Shown piece by piece: positions 45,401 through 58,500 of a DNA stretch of 64,000 bases; positions within the stretch are counted from its first letter, which is position 1; the number at the start of each line of letters is the position of its first letter. The notes beneath the pieces are model-generated. The model had not been told where the DNA came from and did not search any database. It saw nothing but the letters and a program-made list of their open reading frames with translations. The translations under genes and the position numbers were made by a program. Where the stretch lies: assembly GCA_051294375.1 (NCBI GenBank), contig CM119271.1, forward strand, positions 14,204,770 to 14,268,769. Reading direction: 5' to 3'. Source of the stretch: Paraspadella gotoi (Eukaryota > Animalia > Chaetognatha).

Positions 45401-47604
45401 CCTCCTCTGGCGGCAGCGGCGTAAGAGTAAGAGGAGGTTCGCTTAGTGGCGGTACCGCCGCCGCCGCCGCCGAGGCGAGACTTGAGAAAGGACGGATGAG
45501 ATTGAGGACATCGATGAGATCGAAGCGAGAGAATCGCGGAGGAAGATCGACGGAGAGAAGGGTATGGAAGGTCCACTCTCTGAAAAAAGAAAAATGAGAA
45601 AAATGAAACAAATTAAAATAAGAAAGAAAAAAAAAAGAAATTAAAAAGAAAGAAAAAAATTCTTCTCACCTCAGATTCCGTTCCTCCGTTAAGCGCCGCT
45701 TCTTTCCGCCGAGACGACGCCGACTTTCCGGCGCCGATTTTTCTTCCGGCGGCGTCGATCTTAACCACTTTGGCGAGAGGAGAGAAGATCCCGTAGAAGG
45801 GACCCTAATGATAGAGAGAGAAATTGATTCATCGATAGAAAAGTTGAAAGCTCTCGGGTCCTGCTCTGGATGGAGGACTTAACCCACCAGTAGAGAAGAT
45901 AGCTTATTTATTGAACGAATTGGTAATTTATAAAATTATAAAACACAAAGAGAAGAAACGAGACAAAAAGAAAAGTAAGAAACATCTCCTCTCCGCCTTG
46001 CAATTGAAGTATTTCTTCCCCGCGACGACTCCGTTGTTTTTCCCCTTTGGTTCGTCTAGTCGACCCGACCCAAATTCCGTGGGCGAAGTCGGTGGCGCCG
46101 ATGAATCGAACGTAGCCCACGCGAGTGCGGGACACCATCACTCTTGAGAAGGTAAGGATGTAAGTGACATTGTCAGTAACTAATGTCGGGAAGAAACTTT
46201 CGTGAGGATTCATCGTCGGACTTTTATTCATTTGAATATTAATTCAATGACAAATAAAACATTTCACCGTTATTAACGGTCCGTTAGGGGTACGCAGAAA
46301 TTCGCCCCCTAACACTAACTAATAACTATATTATATTATTATTTCTAACTCTCTCTTTTCTTTTTTTAATTATATGTAGCTCTCTCTTCTCTCAGACGCT
46401 TCCTCTTCCGATTCGTTCAAAAACGAATTGAGCTCTGCAGCGGCTGAAAGTTACGCGTCTCTCTCTCGCTTTCTTTTTAACTCACCGATCCCCGACGACG
46501 ATCCCGTATTCCGAACGCTTCTGAATTCTCTCCTCCCTCTCTCCCAAATCTTCCTCACCTCCCTCTTGATCGCCATCGACCTCACCTTCGATCTCGACAC
46601 CCTTATCATCCTCACCCNNNNNNNNNNGCCATCGCCCTCACCTTCGATCTCAACACCCTTATCATCCTCACCCGACGCACTCACTCCTTCACCCCCTTCA
46701 CTCCCCTCGCTCCTCTTCCCCGTCCTCCCTCTCTCCTCTCCCGAGAACTTCCTCCCCGTCCCGATCGCCTCGCGTTGTTTGTCCTTGGAGGCGACAGTGC
46801 TGCGGGCGTAGGAAGGCTCCATCGGCGGATTCTCTTTCGGCGGATTTCGACACTCGCGATTGGTCGGCGATTCCGGACCAATCGGCGTCGTCGTCTCTTG
46901 CCGGGAAGATTCCGGATTGGTGGAGATCTGCGCTGATCCGATCCCGGAATCGGCGGATCCTGAGCCGACGTCTGCGTTGTTGTCGTTTTCTTCGTCGTCG
47001 CAGTTCTGGATTTCGTCGGCGACGAGCGTCACGTCTTCGACTTCAACTTCGTCTTCTTCCGTGTCTTTGACGACTTTGTCCTTGTCTTTGTTGTCGTTGT
47101 CATCGTCCTGATCTTCGACAACGACTTCCTCTGACGAATTCGAATCTGATTTTTCTGGTTGAGTCGTCGTCGTCGTTGTCGAGTCGATAATTTTCGAGAG
47201 GCGAAAGACGCGAGTGAAAATCCCGCGTTTGGGTTCCGTTTGAAAATATCTGACGAAAATATTTTTTCTTTAATTTAATCCCGGGTAAATAAAGAGTAAA
47301 TAAGAGTAATGACCAGACCTAACCCTTTGCCCCCTCACCTCATCCCCTTCACTTCCCCATCGTTTTTCCCAAAGGCAGCGACGAATTCGGCGTCTAAAAC
47401 GACGCCGGCCCATTCGCCGCCGGCGAACTTCGTCTCGCCCAGATACGCCACGACGCCGGTCGGCTCCGTCGCCGCGGAAAACGGCGCCGCGGCGGAGAGC
47501 GACCCGCGGAGGGCGCCGCGCGAATGTCCACGCAGGGGAGCCGGATGGAGGCGGACGCGATCCCCGATCGAAAGGGAAGAGAAATCCTCTTCCTCCGACT
47601 CCAT
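39470..47604 (-). CDS. CAP-Gly domain linker protein (CLIP-170/CLIP-190/restin-like): two CAP-Gly domains plus a long coiled coil
   Basis: GVVAYLGETKFAGGEWAGVVLD..GKNDGEVKGMR|YFQTEPKRGIF (47600-47200); second CAP-Gly GYVRFIGATDFAHGIWVG..LDEPKGKNNGVVAGKKYFNC..YGIFSP (46145-45770); CLIP-like ALRDALEEKTQHVDQLLKERDLERAE (44900-44750); 1186-aa Glu/Lys-rich coiled-coil ORF 41010-44570. Gaps and frameshifts make the exact model uncertain. Confidence 0.78.
46618..46627. other. Assembly gap (10 N), flanked by a near-identical ~46-bp duplicate
   Basis: N run; GCCATCG.CCTCACCTTCGATCTC.ACACCCTTATCATCCTCACCC occurs on both sides. Confidence 0.95.
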
Positions 47605-47669
47605 TCGTCGACGAGGAAAAGCGAACGAATCGAAAACTTCTCGAATTAGTCTTTTTATTCTTTCATTGA

Positions 47670-47679
47670 NNNNNNNNNN
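47670..47679. other. Assembly gap (10 N)
   Basis: N run. Confidence 0.95.
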
Positions 47680-49506
47680 CTGTCGCGTTAAAAATTGATC
47701 TCCACATTTACGAAGAGCCCTCGAAGCCGAATATTAGCGAAAAACAAATTACGGAGGCGACGATGACATAAGGCACCTTTACCAGTTTCGTGCAAAAAAA
47801 AACTATCGGTTATTCGCCCCAAAGTTCTCCCCATTCGATCGTTCGATCTGTGGAAGAAATGAAATAAAAATGGATTCGCGAATCTCTACCCTAATCAAAA
47901 TACAAAAGCGTCAAACAAAAGTTTCTTTTTGATAAATATGATGCGTCTGTAATTTACATACTAATCGCGTGAGTACTTTATAAATATTTCGAATGAAAAT
48001 TAAAAACATTATTGATTAAGGTAATATAAAATATTTCTCATAATTTGATTAAATGCTGGAAAGAAAAGGTTGATTTTTTTTTTCCGGACCAGCGCTGACG
48101 AGTAAATTCTAACTTAAGTCAAGGATGTTATTAGCAAAATAAATTGAGTATTGAAAAAGTAAATATTATCGAAAGCGCTAGTTTAAAGAAAATGGGGTAG
48201 GGGGAAAGCGCTAAGTGCAGTTAATCCGCGAGAAAAGTTTAATCTACATCGTGAATCGACTCAATATCGCGTCGAAGGTTTCGATTACAAAGAAGCGAAA
48301 ACGACAACAACGACAAGACTTCTAGATTATTCAAATTAAAGACATTGAAATTGATAATAAAAATCGAAAATTAACTACTCTAAACTCCGGAACCGCAAAA
48401 CGAGAAATGGGTGGAGGAGGTGGAGGGTAAATCACGAAAACGTAATGAAGAATTCAAAACAAAAGGCTGTCACAATCAGCAGAGTCGCGGATAACTATCA
48501 CGAATATCGCACGAAGATTTGAAATGAACAACAAACAAATTTCCTTTTCATTTCGAGGGAATTTAAAAAAAAATTTTTAGTCTTGATCACTGGAAGAGAA
48601 GTTCTTCAACCACGTCTCGTAAGCGCGCAGCAAATTCGGGGAACCGCGAAGCCGCGCGACGTTGGTCTCGCGCTGCAGCCGCACGTCGCGCAGCACGACG
48701 CGCGGATGTGAGTCGGCGGTGACGCTTGAAGCGATTCCGGCTTCGCTCGAGGATGTGATGTATACGTCGGTCGGCGCGACTTCGTAATCTGTCGACGGTC
48801 GAGGTTAATAATTTGATAAGTATTATGATGGATTCGATTTATGACATCTCATCATCAGTCTCATCAAGACTCACCGCTATGCGATCGATCATCATTTGCT
48901 GGCGATGAAATCGATTCGACGACAAGATTCTTCGACTTTGGTTCGATTGAGCGAGATTGCTTCGGCCCGGATGTAAAAGGCTTCTTCGTTCTTCTTCCCA
49001 CCTACGGAAATAATAAGCGGTAATTTTTGTAGGATGGTTGACCTTGATACGTCTTAGATCGGCTTGATGTTTGTCAGTGGTTCATAGACAGTTCTGATCT
49101 ATTGATTCATAACCTGCATCACATATATTCGAGCAGCCATGAGCATCACCTTATATTTTAGCCACTAATCAAGCAATCAAGAGCGCGGGCTTATTATAAA
49201 ATGACTTAGAACAACTTAACGGATTGGAAACGATTAATAACTCTTAAAAAACCCCGACAATGGTTATTATAATAATATCACGTGATCTGTATAAAAGGAA
49301 AGGTGTTAATATAAATTAATATGTAATGATAATCAATTAAAATTATAAAATTAAACCAATGCTTGATTAAACAAGTTACAAATAGGAGACGTTGACAGTT
49401 TCAGTGATTCGTCAAGAATTTTCATATTCCACTAAACTGTTGTGGACGTTTCGGCCATTCTTCGGCTTATCAGTTTCACCCGCGATCTCTCTCTCTCTCT
49501 CTCTCT

Positions 49507-52500
49507 CTAATCCCACACCTGTCTTCTCGGCCGCAGAGCATCTTTCTCGGGGGTGTCGACGGCCCACTCCACGTCGGATTCGTCGTCGTCGTCGCGGGTC
49601 TCGTCAAAGCAATCGCTCGAGCAGTGCCAGTCGTCGTCGAGACGCGGGAAAGGGCGAGCCTCGGCGCCGCCCGCCACGCCCACGTGGAGAGATTTGTTGA
49701 AACCGAAGGTGGTTCGTTTGGGTTTCGGCGCAGAATTCGACGCCGAGGAAGACGATGGCGCCGCTGCATCCGGCGTTGGTGGGGCCTTTTTACCAACGTT
49801 TTCGAGTTTCCAAAGGACGACTTTACAGGGAGAGACTGTCTCTGCGCCGGAGGTTGAGAGAGCGATGGCGCCGTCGTCAGATCCCGCGTCAAAATCCGAT
49901 TGAGCGCCGCTAGTATCTGGGTCTTTGTTCGGAGCGTCGCCGGTATCCACATCGTTTTTGGAGTCGGATCGTAGGTCGTCAAACCGTAAAGGACTAAGAC
50001 GAACGACGCAAGGCTTCACTTCGTTTCCAGGGGACAAAGTATGACGCCGCTGCTGAGTTCGGCGTCGGTGGCACGGTGGCGTCTTCGATCTCCACCTGGC
50101 GGCGTCCAACTCGGCGGCGTCGAAATCCTCTTCCGTCGACGAGGAATCAAGAAAACCGGCGCCGACTCCTCGAGTCGACCGCGGCGCCAACAACCTAACG
50201 TTCGCCACCATCGAAGTCGGCAGCTCGTGGGCTCCGCCGCGGCGCCTTAGTCTCACTTCCTCGGCGTCGTCGGCACCGCTGCGTCGCTTCTTTCGAGTTT
50301 GCGCCGCGTCGACGTCGTCGTCGTCGTCGGTCGAAGAATCCGAAGACGAATCCTCGGAAGGAGACGTGCGATCCCTAAAATAAAAATGTTTAACAAACCT
50401 ATGTAAAATCGTATAATAATAATAATCAAAGTCAATTTAAAATCAGAAAAAAATAAAAACTATGTATATATCTACAGTACATCAAATACCCAAAAAAAAG
50501 TGATTAAATAACGAATTGAATTTTAAATCAACCTGGAACTGGATTGAAACATTCGTAATGAAAATCGACAACAACGACTACAACAACGACCTCTTCCCCC
50601 TTCACCTCTTGGTTGTCTTCTTCTTCCTCTTCTTGAACCTCTTCCTCCTCATGACGACCGAGAGTTCGGCGAAATCTGTGGTGGAGTCGTCGGTGTCGTC
50701 GTCGGTGGAGGAGCGTCTCCGCTTCCCGCACTTGGAGGACGAGGAGGCTCTCTTCCCTTTGCCTTTCCCCTTGGTCGCTTTCCTCGACTTCTTCTTCCTC
50801 TTGGCCGGCGTCGACGACTTGGCCTTCTTCGTCTTCCCCTTCCTCTTTCGCTTCCTCTTCTTCCTCGTCGTCGCCTCGTACTCGGAGGTGGAGTCGGAGA
50901 GGGAGGAGGGTCGGAACTGGTCGGAGGCGCCGTCGCGGAGGTCGGAGAAGTTGATGGGGGAAGAGGAGCGGGAGACTTTGACGGAAGGGAAGTCGGTGGT
51001 AGAGGAACAGGGAGAGGGTTTTCGATCGGCGGCGAGGGCGGCCAGGCGATCAACGAATGAAGGGTCGATGGAGGCGGTGTTGGCGACGATGGCGGCGCGA
51101 CCCGCGACGGACACGTCAATGAGTGACGATTCAGTCGAAGTCGGGAGGGCGTCGTCGTCCTCGTCGCGCTTGACGACAGGTTCCACCGATGGAGGTTGGA
51201 GGAGTGAAAGATGTGGAGGAGCGAAAGGGCGGGAGGTGGAAGGCTCTGGATCGCCGAAGATCTGATTTAAACATGCGATTGTAATTATAAAATTCTAATT
51301 GAATGAAATATTGTCTTAACTAAAGCTTTATACTAAAGCTTTATACTAAAGCTTTATACTAAAGCTTCTAAAATAGACTCACGGGCGACAGCTTGGACTC
51401 GGACGTGGTCGAGTCGGCGGCTTCTCGTCGGACGTCCTCTGGAAAGGATCGTCGAGGCGGCGCCGGGATCAGCTCGGCCGGCTCTGTCTTTATCAGCGGC
51501 GCCGTGGTAGACACGACGGGAGGAGAAGTTGGTGCGTTAGGAGCTGGTCGTCCTCCAAACTGCGGCATCGCGACAGTGATGATGTTCTCCAATTTGCTGC
51601 GAAGATCATCGAGGACGTTGGCGCCGCCGCCGTCGCCCGTGGTGTCGGGCTCCGACCCGCTGGCGGAAGATGAGGTGCTTGGGAAGGCGGGGATATTTCC
51701 GGTAGTGACTTCCAACTTTTTCGTCGCACGTTGGGGAAGAACCACAATCGACGCGGAAATGTTTTTCGGTACTGGAGAAGGCTGCGTAATAGCAGGTGGC
51801 GGTGCTTCGGATATCGTTGGCGGCGCCTTAGAAGAAGTTGGCGGAGCCTTGGATAAAGTTGGCGGCGCCTTTGATGAAGTTGGCGGCGCCTTCCTTGTAG
51901 TTGGTGGCGTCTTGGATAAATTTTGATGAGACAGAGATTGAGTTTGAGGCGCTAGAGACGGAGCTAGTGGTGATTTAGATGACTTTTGCGGTGCCAGAGA
52001 TTCAGTTGGCCGAGTCAAAGATGAAGATGGCTTCGTCTTAGATGAAATATGTAGCACCTTTGATGACGTTTGCAAAGCCAGAGGTAAAGTTGGCCGCGCC
52101 AAAGACATATCTAGTTGCGCCCCAGATTGGATTGGCTGTGTCCTAGAGGGAGTTGGCTGCGCTAAAGATGAAAATGGCAGCTCCTTAGAGGAAGTTTGCG
52201 GCCCCAAAATTGAAGGCACTTTAGAAAGAGGTGGCGGCGTCTTAGATTGAGTTGGTGGCGTCGGAGAGGAAGTAGAAATCGGTCTCTTTATGATCGGAGA
52301 TTTGTTTTTAACGCCAGGAGCACGTGCGGAGACAGGCGAAGCCTTGGAGGATTCTACTCCAAGGGGCGTTTTAAAGGTAGCTGATGGTTCGGTCGTCGGA
52401 GCAGAAATTGGCTGCGTTGATTTTTCTGGCGTTTGCTCAGTCTTACAAGTTTCCGTTTCTGAGTCGGATGAGCCATAATCGGAGAGACCGAACCGCGACA

Positions 52501-55500
52501 GGTCGCCGGAAATTTTTTTGACGAATCGCTTTGCGTATGATTTGGTTGGGATCGAAAAGGCGATTGATTGATTGGTGGCATGTGTCTCACCACTTCCTAG
52601 TTTATCAGGGTCTCGACTTTGAATCCCAGACTCCTTGGAAGCTTTGATGGATTCAAAAACTTTTGCGAATGAGCCGCGGATGGTGGGAAAATGTGGACTA
52701 GGGCTCGACTTGGGAGCCTCTAATTTTTTTTTCATCGGGTGATCCACAGGTGCTTCTATGGCTTCGACCATTTGAGGTGAAGTTGAAGGGATTTCTTTAC
52801 CTATGTCTGCTTTAAGAGAAACTTTCTCTTTCGGGACAGTTTGAGGCAGCTTCTTTAGTTCAACTCGAGCCTCAACGGGCTTTGGAACGATCAACTTGGT
52901 AGATGGAGCAAAGGATATCTTTGCTGAGGCAGAGACTGATTTTTGGAATTCAGTTACAATTGGTGTTTCATTGACAGGGGGTTTGAGAGTTTGAATTGTT
53001 GCATCGATTATAGGATCTTGCATTCTGGCCACTCGTCCATAAGATGGGCTGGTTTCTCGGGATGTCCTTGATAATTCTTCTTGTTGAGGTTTTTTGGAAA
53101 CGGTAACGTTAGAAATTCCGGCATTTAATCCCGAGTGAATTTTTTCAAACAAAGCCGATGATCCGGATAGAGCTGAAAATTTCATTTGGTCTTGATTGGC
53201 AGTGGAACGAGACCTATCCAAAAACGAGACATTTTTATTATTTTTTGAATCTGCTTCGGACTCCGTGGTCTTTGACTCAATATTTTTTCCTTCATTTAAT
53301 TCTTTATGATTATTTATTCGATTATTCGATGCAACTGCAACAGATATATTCAACGAACTGTTTACATCAATATTTTTGGTAACAACTGGAAGAAAAGAAT
53401 TAAATTTGGTAGGGGATGAAGTTCGGACTCTCTCAACTGTATTCTCTTGTTTCTTGTCTATTGCTAATGCAACGCTAGAACTGCTCGAGCTACTTTCTAC
53501 GCAAGGAACGTTTAGTGGATGTATGGAAGATGACAATTGAACTTTTGGTGTTGGAATATACATTCTGGTGTGAGAGCTGTCCAATGGTTTCTCATGAATC
53601 GTGGATTCGTCACTCTCGCTTCCATCAGCTTCAGAACTTTTCAAAGAGCTATCTTCACTAAGATCTGAATCATCATCACTCCCAACAACATCGTTCTCAG
53701 CGTCGGATATAGATCCTAAAGCTGTACAAGGAGAAAATTTAGCATGCCGCTTCTTTGGATCGCTGTAAACGATTTCATCTTCGGCCATGTCAGTCAAAGT
53801 CTTTTGCTCTTCAGTCCACTTTTGAATTAATTGCATTCTCTCCCATCTGCTTTGAGACTGCTTTTGAATTTTGTTTTCGATTGGCAAAGATTTCGTCAAA
53901 GTTTGTTTCAGCTTGTGAGATCCTTTCACAGAACGATGTTTTTTGAAGGCAGAATAATCGGGCGCCCAATTATCGACAGGAGCTACCTCTTCTGCTGAGA
54001 GTTCGATAGAAAACGGTTTGATCTCATCTTCCTTTTCTTTGTTCTTTGTTATATCTTTATTTTCTTTGTTTAAAGAAGTTTCATTTGACTCGGCTAAATA
54101 AGAAATGGGTTGTGCTTCTGCAACAATTTTGCAAGACGAACTAGGCGCTTCATTTGACACAGAGGAATCACTGAGGTTTATTTTTTTCTCACTAGTATAA
54201 TATATTTTAGGTTTTGAGGTATTTGGTAACAATGTGCTCTCCTTGCCTTTGGCTGTGACGTAAATTTTTATGTCCGTTTTTTCCATTGTATCTTTTTGGA
54301 GAAGTAAGTTTTCCGTTGATGATTCTGTTATGATGTTGGTAATTTGGGCTTTTTCCTGACCATCTATTATGGTTATACTTTGTGATTTTTCCTTTACTCT
54401 TTTTTCCTTATTTGGGTCTGTTTCAATAATTTTGGTCAAAACTAAATTTTCATTAACTGCTCTCATTTCATTTGAAACTATCATTTCAAAATGTTTGTTT
54501 GCTTCTAAAGGTGGTTCCGCTTCGGTTAAGCTTTCACAAATCTGCTTGGTTTTAGTTGTAATGGAAAAATTATCATCATTTGCTTTCAAATTTTCTGGTT
54601 CTCCTACATCAACTTTGGTTGACAATGTCTGATCGTTACATAATTTTATGAAGTCAATGGAACAATTTGACTCGTCTGGTTTGCTATGAGTTTTAGTCAT
54701 CGGCAAGCTAGAATTTTCATTTTGAAGGTCTTTCTTAGTTATTTCGTTAGTCACTGAAATGGAATCTTGCTTTAAACTAGTAGCAATATTATGCAAATTT
54801 GTTTTATTTTCACAAAATTTTTGGTTATTTTCCAATTCAGCATTTGGAACGGTAGAGTCAAGATTCAGTGATTCCAACACAACGTGGGGCCAAACTTTCA
54901 ATTGCTCTATCTGCTGATCCCGACACAATAGGGAAAAACCAGAAACATTTGAAACAGACTCTCCAAGCCAATTCCATTCATTCATTGCGGCAACATCATT
55001 AGCTTTGGCTGAAGATCTCCGTTCACGACCAAACACTTCTACCTCTTCCACTATAGAAATAACTCGAGTAGAATTCTGAAGAGGCTGAGGCAAAGAATCC
55101 ACACGATTCTTTTTCACTAAATTTCTAACAGAAAAAGGGGTCACTTTGGATTTAAACTTACGGAAACACAGAGGTTTGTTTTTGGCAAACATATGACCGT
55201 GTCCATAGCCTAGGCCAGTGAATCGCAATCGACTCCGTCGCAAAACTTTCCAAGCCGAAGAGAGCCTTTTTTCCTTAGCAATCTTTTCAGAGATATCCAT
55301 AGCTAAAGGATGAGTCTTTTCTATATGCATTCTCAAAACAACCAGGAATTTAAACTTCTTTGGGCAAGAAGGACAGGCAAAGGGTTTTTCAGAACGCAAT
55401 TGCCAAAGAGCTTTTTTGTGCTGAACAAGCAAATGGGAAATATGTGAAGACTTTGTAAACATCCCTTTGCCACATGGTACACAAACTGATGTCAGCATAT

Positions 55501-58500
55501 AACCATGAGATTGACGAATATGACTGAGAAGAGCGGCCTTTCTGAAAAAATTCAATCCACATATGTTACAATTTTTACAAGGCTTTTTCTGAGGAGGTAG
55601 CTTGATGACAGGATTGTAATCAACAACGCTCAAGGGCAACCCGTGAAGAGACTGAAAATGATTCTTAAAAGATTTAACAGTGCGTAATTCTATAGAGCCA
55701 AACTTATCCTCGCAACAAATTGGGCAGGGATAGCGCAAGTCATAGCAAAGTTTATTTGAATATTTGTGAAAAGCTCGCTGATGTGCAAATAAAATATTTT
55801 TTGAAGAAAAGTAGATTTTGCATTTTAGGCACCAGAATTTTCCTGCTGACATTGTTAACTCTGGTCGAAGTTTACATGCTTTTTGGTGCTGCTCTCTAAC
55901 ATGCTTTTTCATCTCATTTTCATTCGCAGTCAGTTTACATAATTTGCACTCATGAACAGATTTGTAATGTTTGATGATGTCATCAAATTTCTCGAGCATC
56001 TTGCTGCAGTATCGGCACTTAAAGTTGCCGGCTGGCTGATTGGGAAAAACAGAAGGAGAATCTACAATCGTTTGTTTAGGTAATGAAGGAATTGCAGTTT
56101 TTGTTTTATTCCTATTTTCCTCCTGCTTATTTTCTCTTTCTTTAACTTTCCCTTCATCTTCCTCTTCACTTGCCGAAAAATCCTTTGCCAGAATCTTGCC
56201 CAAAAACACTTTCAGCATCTTTCTCATTGCCTCATCTTTCGGTGAAGCCTGGCTAAAAGCTTGTACTATTGTCAACATCTTTATCATACTTCCCATTGGT
56301 CTGGTCGATTCTTCCATAACTCCATACAATCGTGAGTGATGCTTCTCTGCGACATGCTTTTTGAGCAGTCGTTGGTCTGAATTACGTAGGCCGCATGCCA
56401 CGCACTCATAGCGATGCATGTCCCAATGGACATTAGTCACATGACTCTTAGCTTCTGCAACAGTTGAATGGATAGCATCGCAATAACAACACTCATATTC
56501 ATTACAGTTTTTAACATAGTAGTCGCGTTTCTCACGGGGCATTACAATTCTCTCAACATCACTCTGTTCTAGAGAATCGATGTCAACCTCAGGGGAAATT
56601 TGAGGAGTTAAATCATTTTCAAGCTGTCCTTTTCGTTCATTTTTCTCTACATTTTCATTCTCCTCCTTGTCTCTCTTTTCTTCAACCTTAGTCTCATTAT
56701 TCTTTTCAACCACTCCTTTTCCCACTTTTTCCTCTGGATGAACAAAGCGATAAAAGGTTGAATGCCTTGTTAGGTTGTGCTCTCGTTTCGATTCATCTGT
56801 AACAAATCCCAGACCGCATTCTCGACAATCTAGATCCAATTCAGTTGCAGTGTGGGCAGGCATTAGATCTTGAACAATCTTTCCATTGGACCAAAACCCT
56901 GTTTCTCCCTTATGGTGAGAATCTATATGTTGACGTTTTAAAGAATACATTTCAAAAAACAGAAGGCATTTAAAGCATGTTTGATAAAGAACAAAATGAA
57001 CAGCTTTCATAGATGGCTTGAGTGAAGCAAATTTAAAGTTGGAAGGGATTAGTTCACTTGAAGGAGCCGAATTTCCATGTTCTTTAATATAATGCGCTTC
57101 TCGATCTTGCAAGGAAGAAAAATATTCCAGACACTGGATGCAAGTTCGTGTATAAAGAAAAGAAACTTTACGCCGTTGGTCATAAGTGGGAGGCTCTAAG
57201 AGGAAATGTGTGTCTTGCATATGTAAAGTGATGAGGCTTTTAGGTTCACTATTAGCATCCGTGACCGTGTGAGGTTTCTCCTTGGGCGGCTCATCATCAT
57301 TTGGGAAATCCTCATCTTTGACATTGTGAACGTTCCAGTTGTGGAAGCCTTTCCTTTGTGAATCTTTAAAAGTTTTATCACATGCAAGACAAAAAGAAAG
57401 TGTACTTCTTGAGAGCGCTGGCCGAAGATCAGATGACAGTCGTTCCAGCTTGGCAGAACAATCCGTTTCATCAAGGTGCATCTTATCATGCTGATCTTTG
57501 GCTGATCGGTTTTCAAAAAAAAGTTTACATTTCATGCAAACTTGAGAGAGTAAGTAAGCCTTGGCTTTGAGAGAAGGCGCAAAACATTCAAACCGCAAAT
57601 CTGACGGAACTGACTCGCGACATGACGAGGTTTCCAAATGGACTTTGCTCAAGTGACGCCGTCGTTCATCACGCGATGCGAAATAAGCATAACATCGGAC
57701 ACAGCCATGTGACTCCAAAAACGTGGCAGCCACAGCATAAGGGTTCGCAATTGATTCAATTGAATAAGCTGATTCAGTAGCTGTGGAAATTGCGGATTCT
57801 GAATGAACGAGCTCAGATGAAATAGAGTCAGCCGCAGGAAGATTCCTGGTCGTTTCAAGTAATATGGAATCGTCTCTTGTCGAATCTGTTGATTTCACAA
57901 CTTTCTCCTCCTCTAAAGTCTCTTTTTCTAAAGTTTTAAATTTTTGACGCTCTGATATCTCCGAGTTTTCTCCGTCTTTATTTTCTCTTATTTTAGATCC
58001 ATGTACGAAAAAATTGTGTTTATATTTATCACCGGGATCTTTAAAATCTTTACGGCATTCAAAACACTCCAGGTGCAAAGATGGAGTCCGCGCGGGACGC
58101 AGATCTCTCATCAGCGTCAATTTGGAGGACCAAAGGCCAGGTTCATCAGGGTGAAACATTTCCACATGACGGCGTTTTTGAGGTTGGTCCTCGAAAAAAA
58201 GCGAACACAGTATGCAGGCTCTGAGTTGGAGGAATTGGGTAGCATCACGATGAGGCTTCAGGGAAATGAAGAAATCGGTCGAAGGAGGTTTTATGCCCAA
58301 AAGGGAGGAAGTTAGTTCACCGTGCGCCGCCCGTGAATGAACATCGCGCGCCACGCGACTCACAAAATAAACGCCGCACTCTACACAAACGAAATTTTCC
58401 AAAAAGGTTGTAGCGTAAAGATGATCTTCTTTCGTCTCTTCCTCCTTCGGCTTTTTCCTCTTTTTGCCTTTAGCTCCGTCATCAGTAACATTTTGCGAAG

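Noticed and set aside
46570-46675. ~46-bp direct duplication
   Set aside because: It straddles an N gap and is likely a collapsed tandem repeat or scaffolding overlap.
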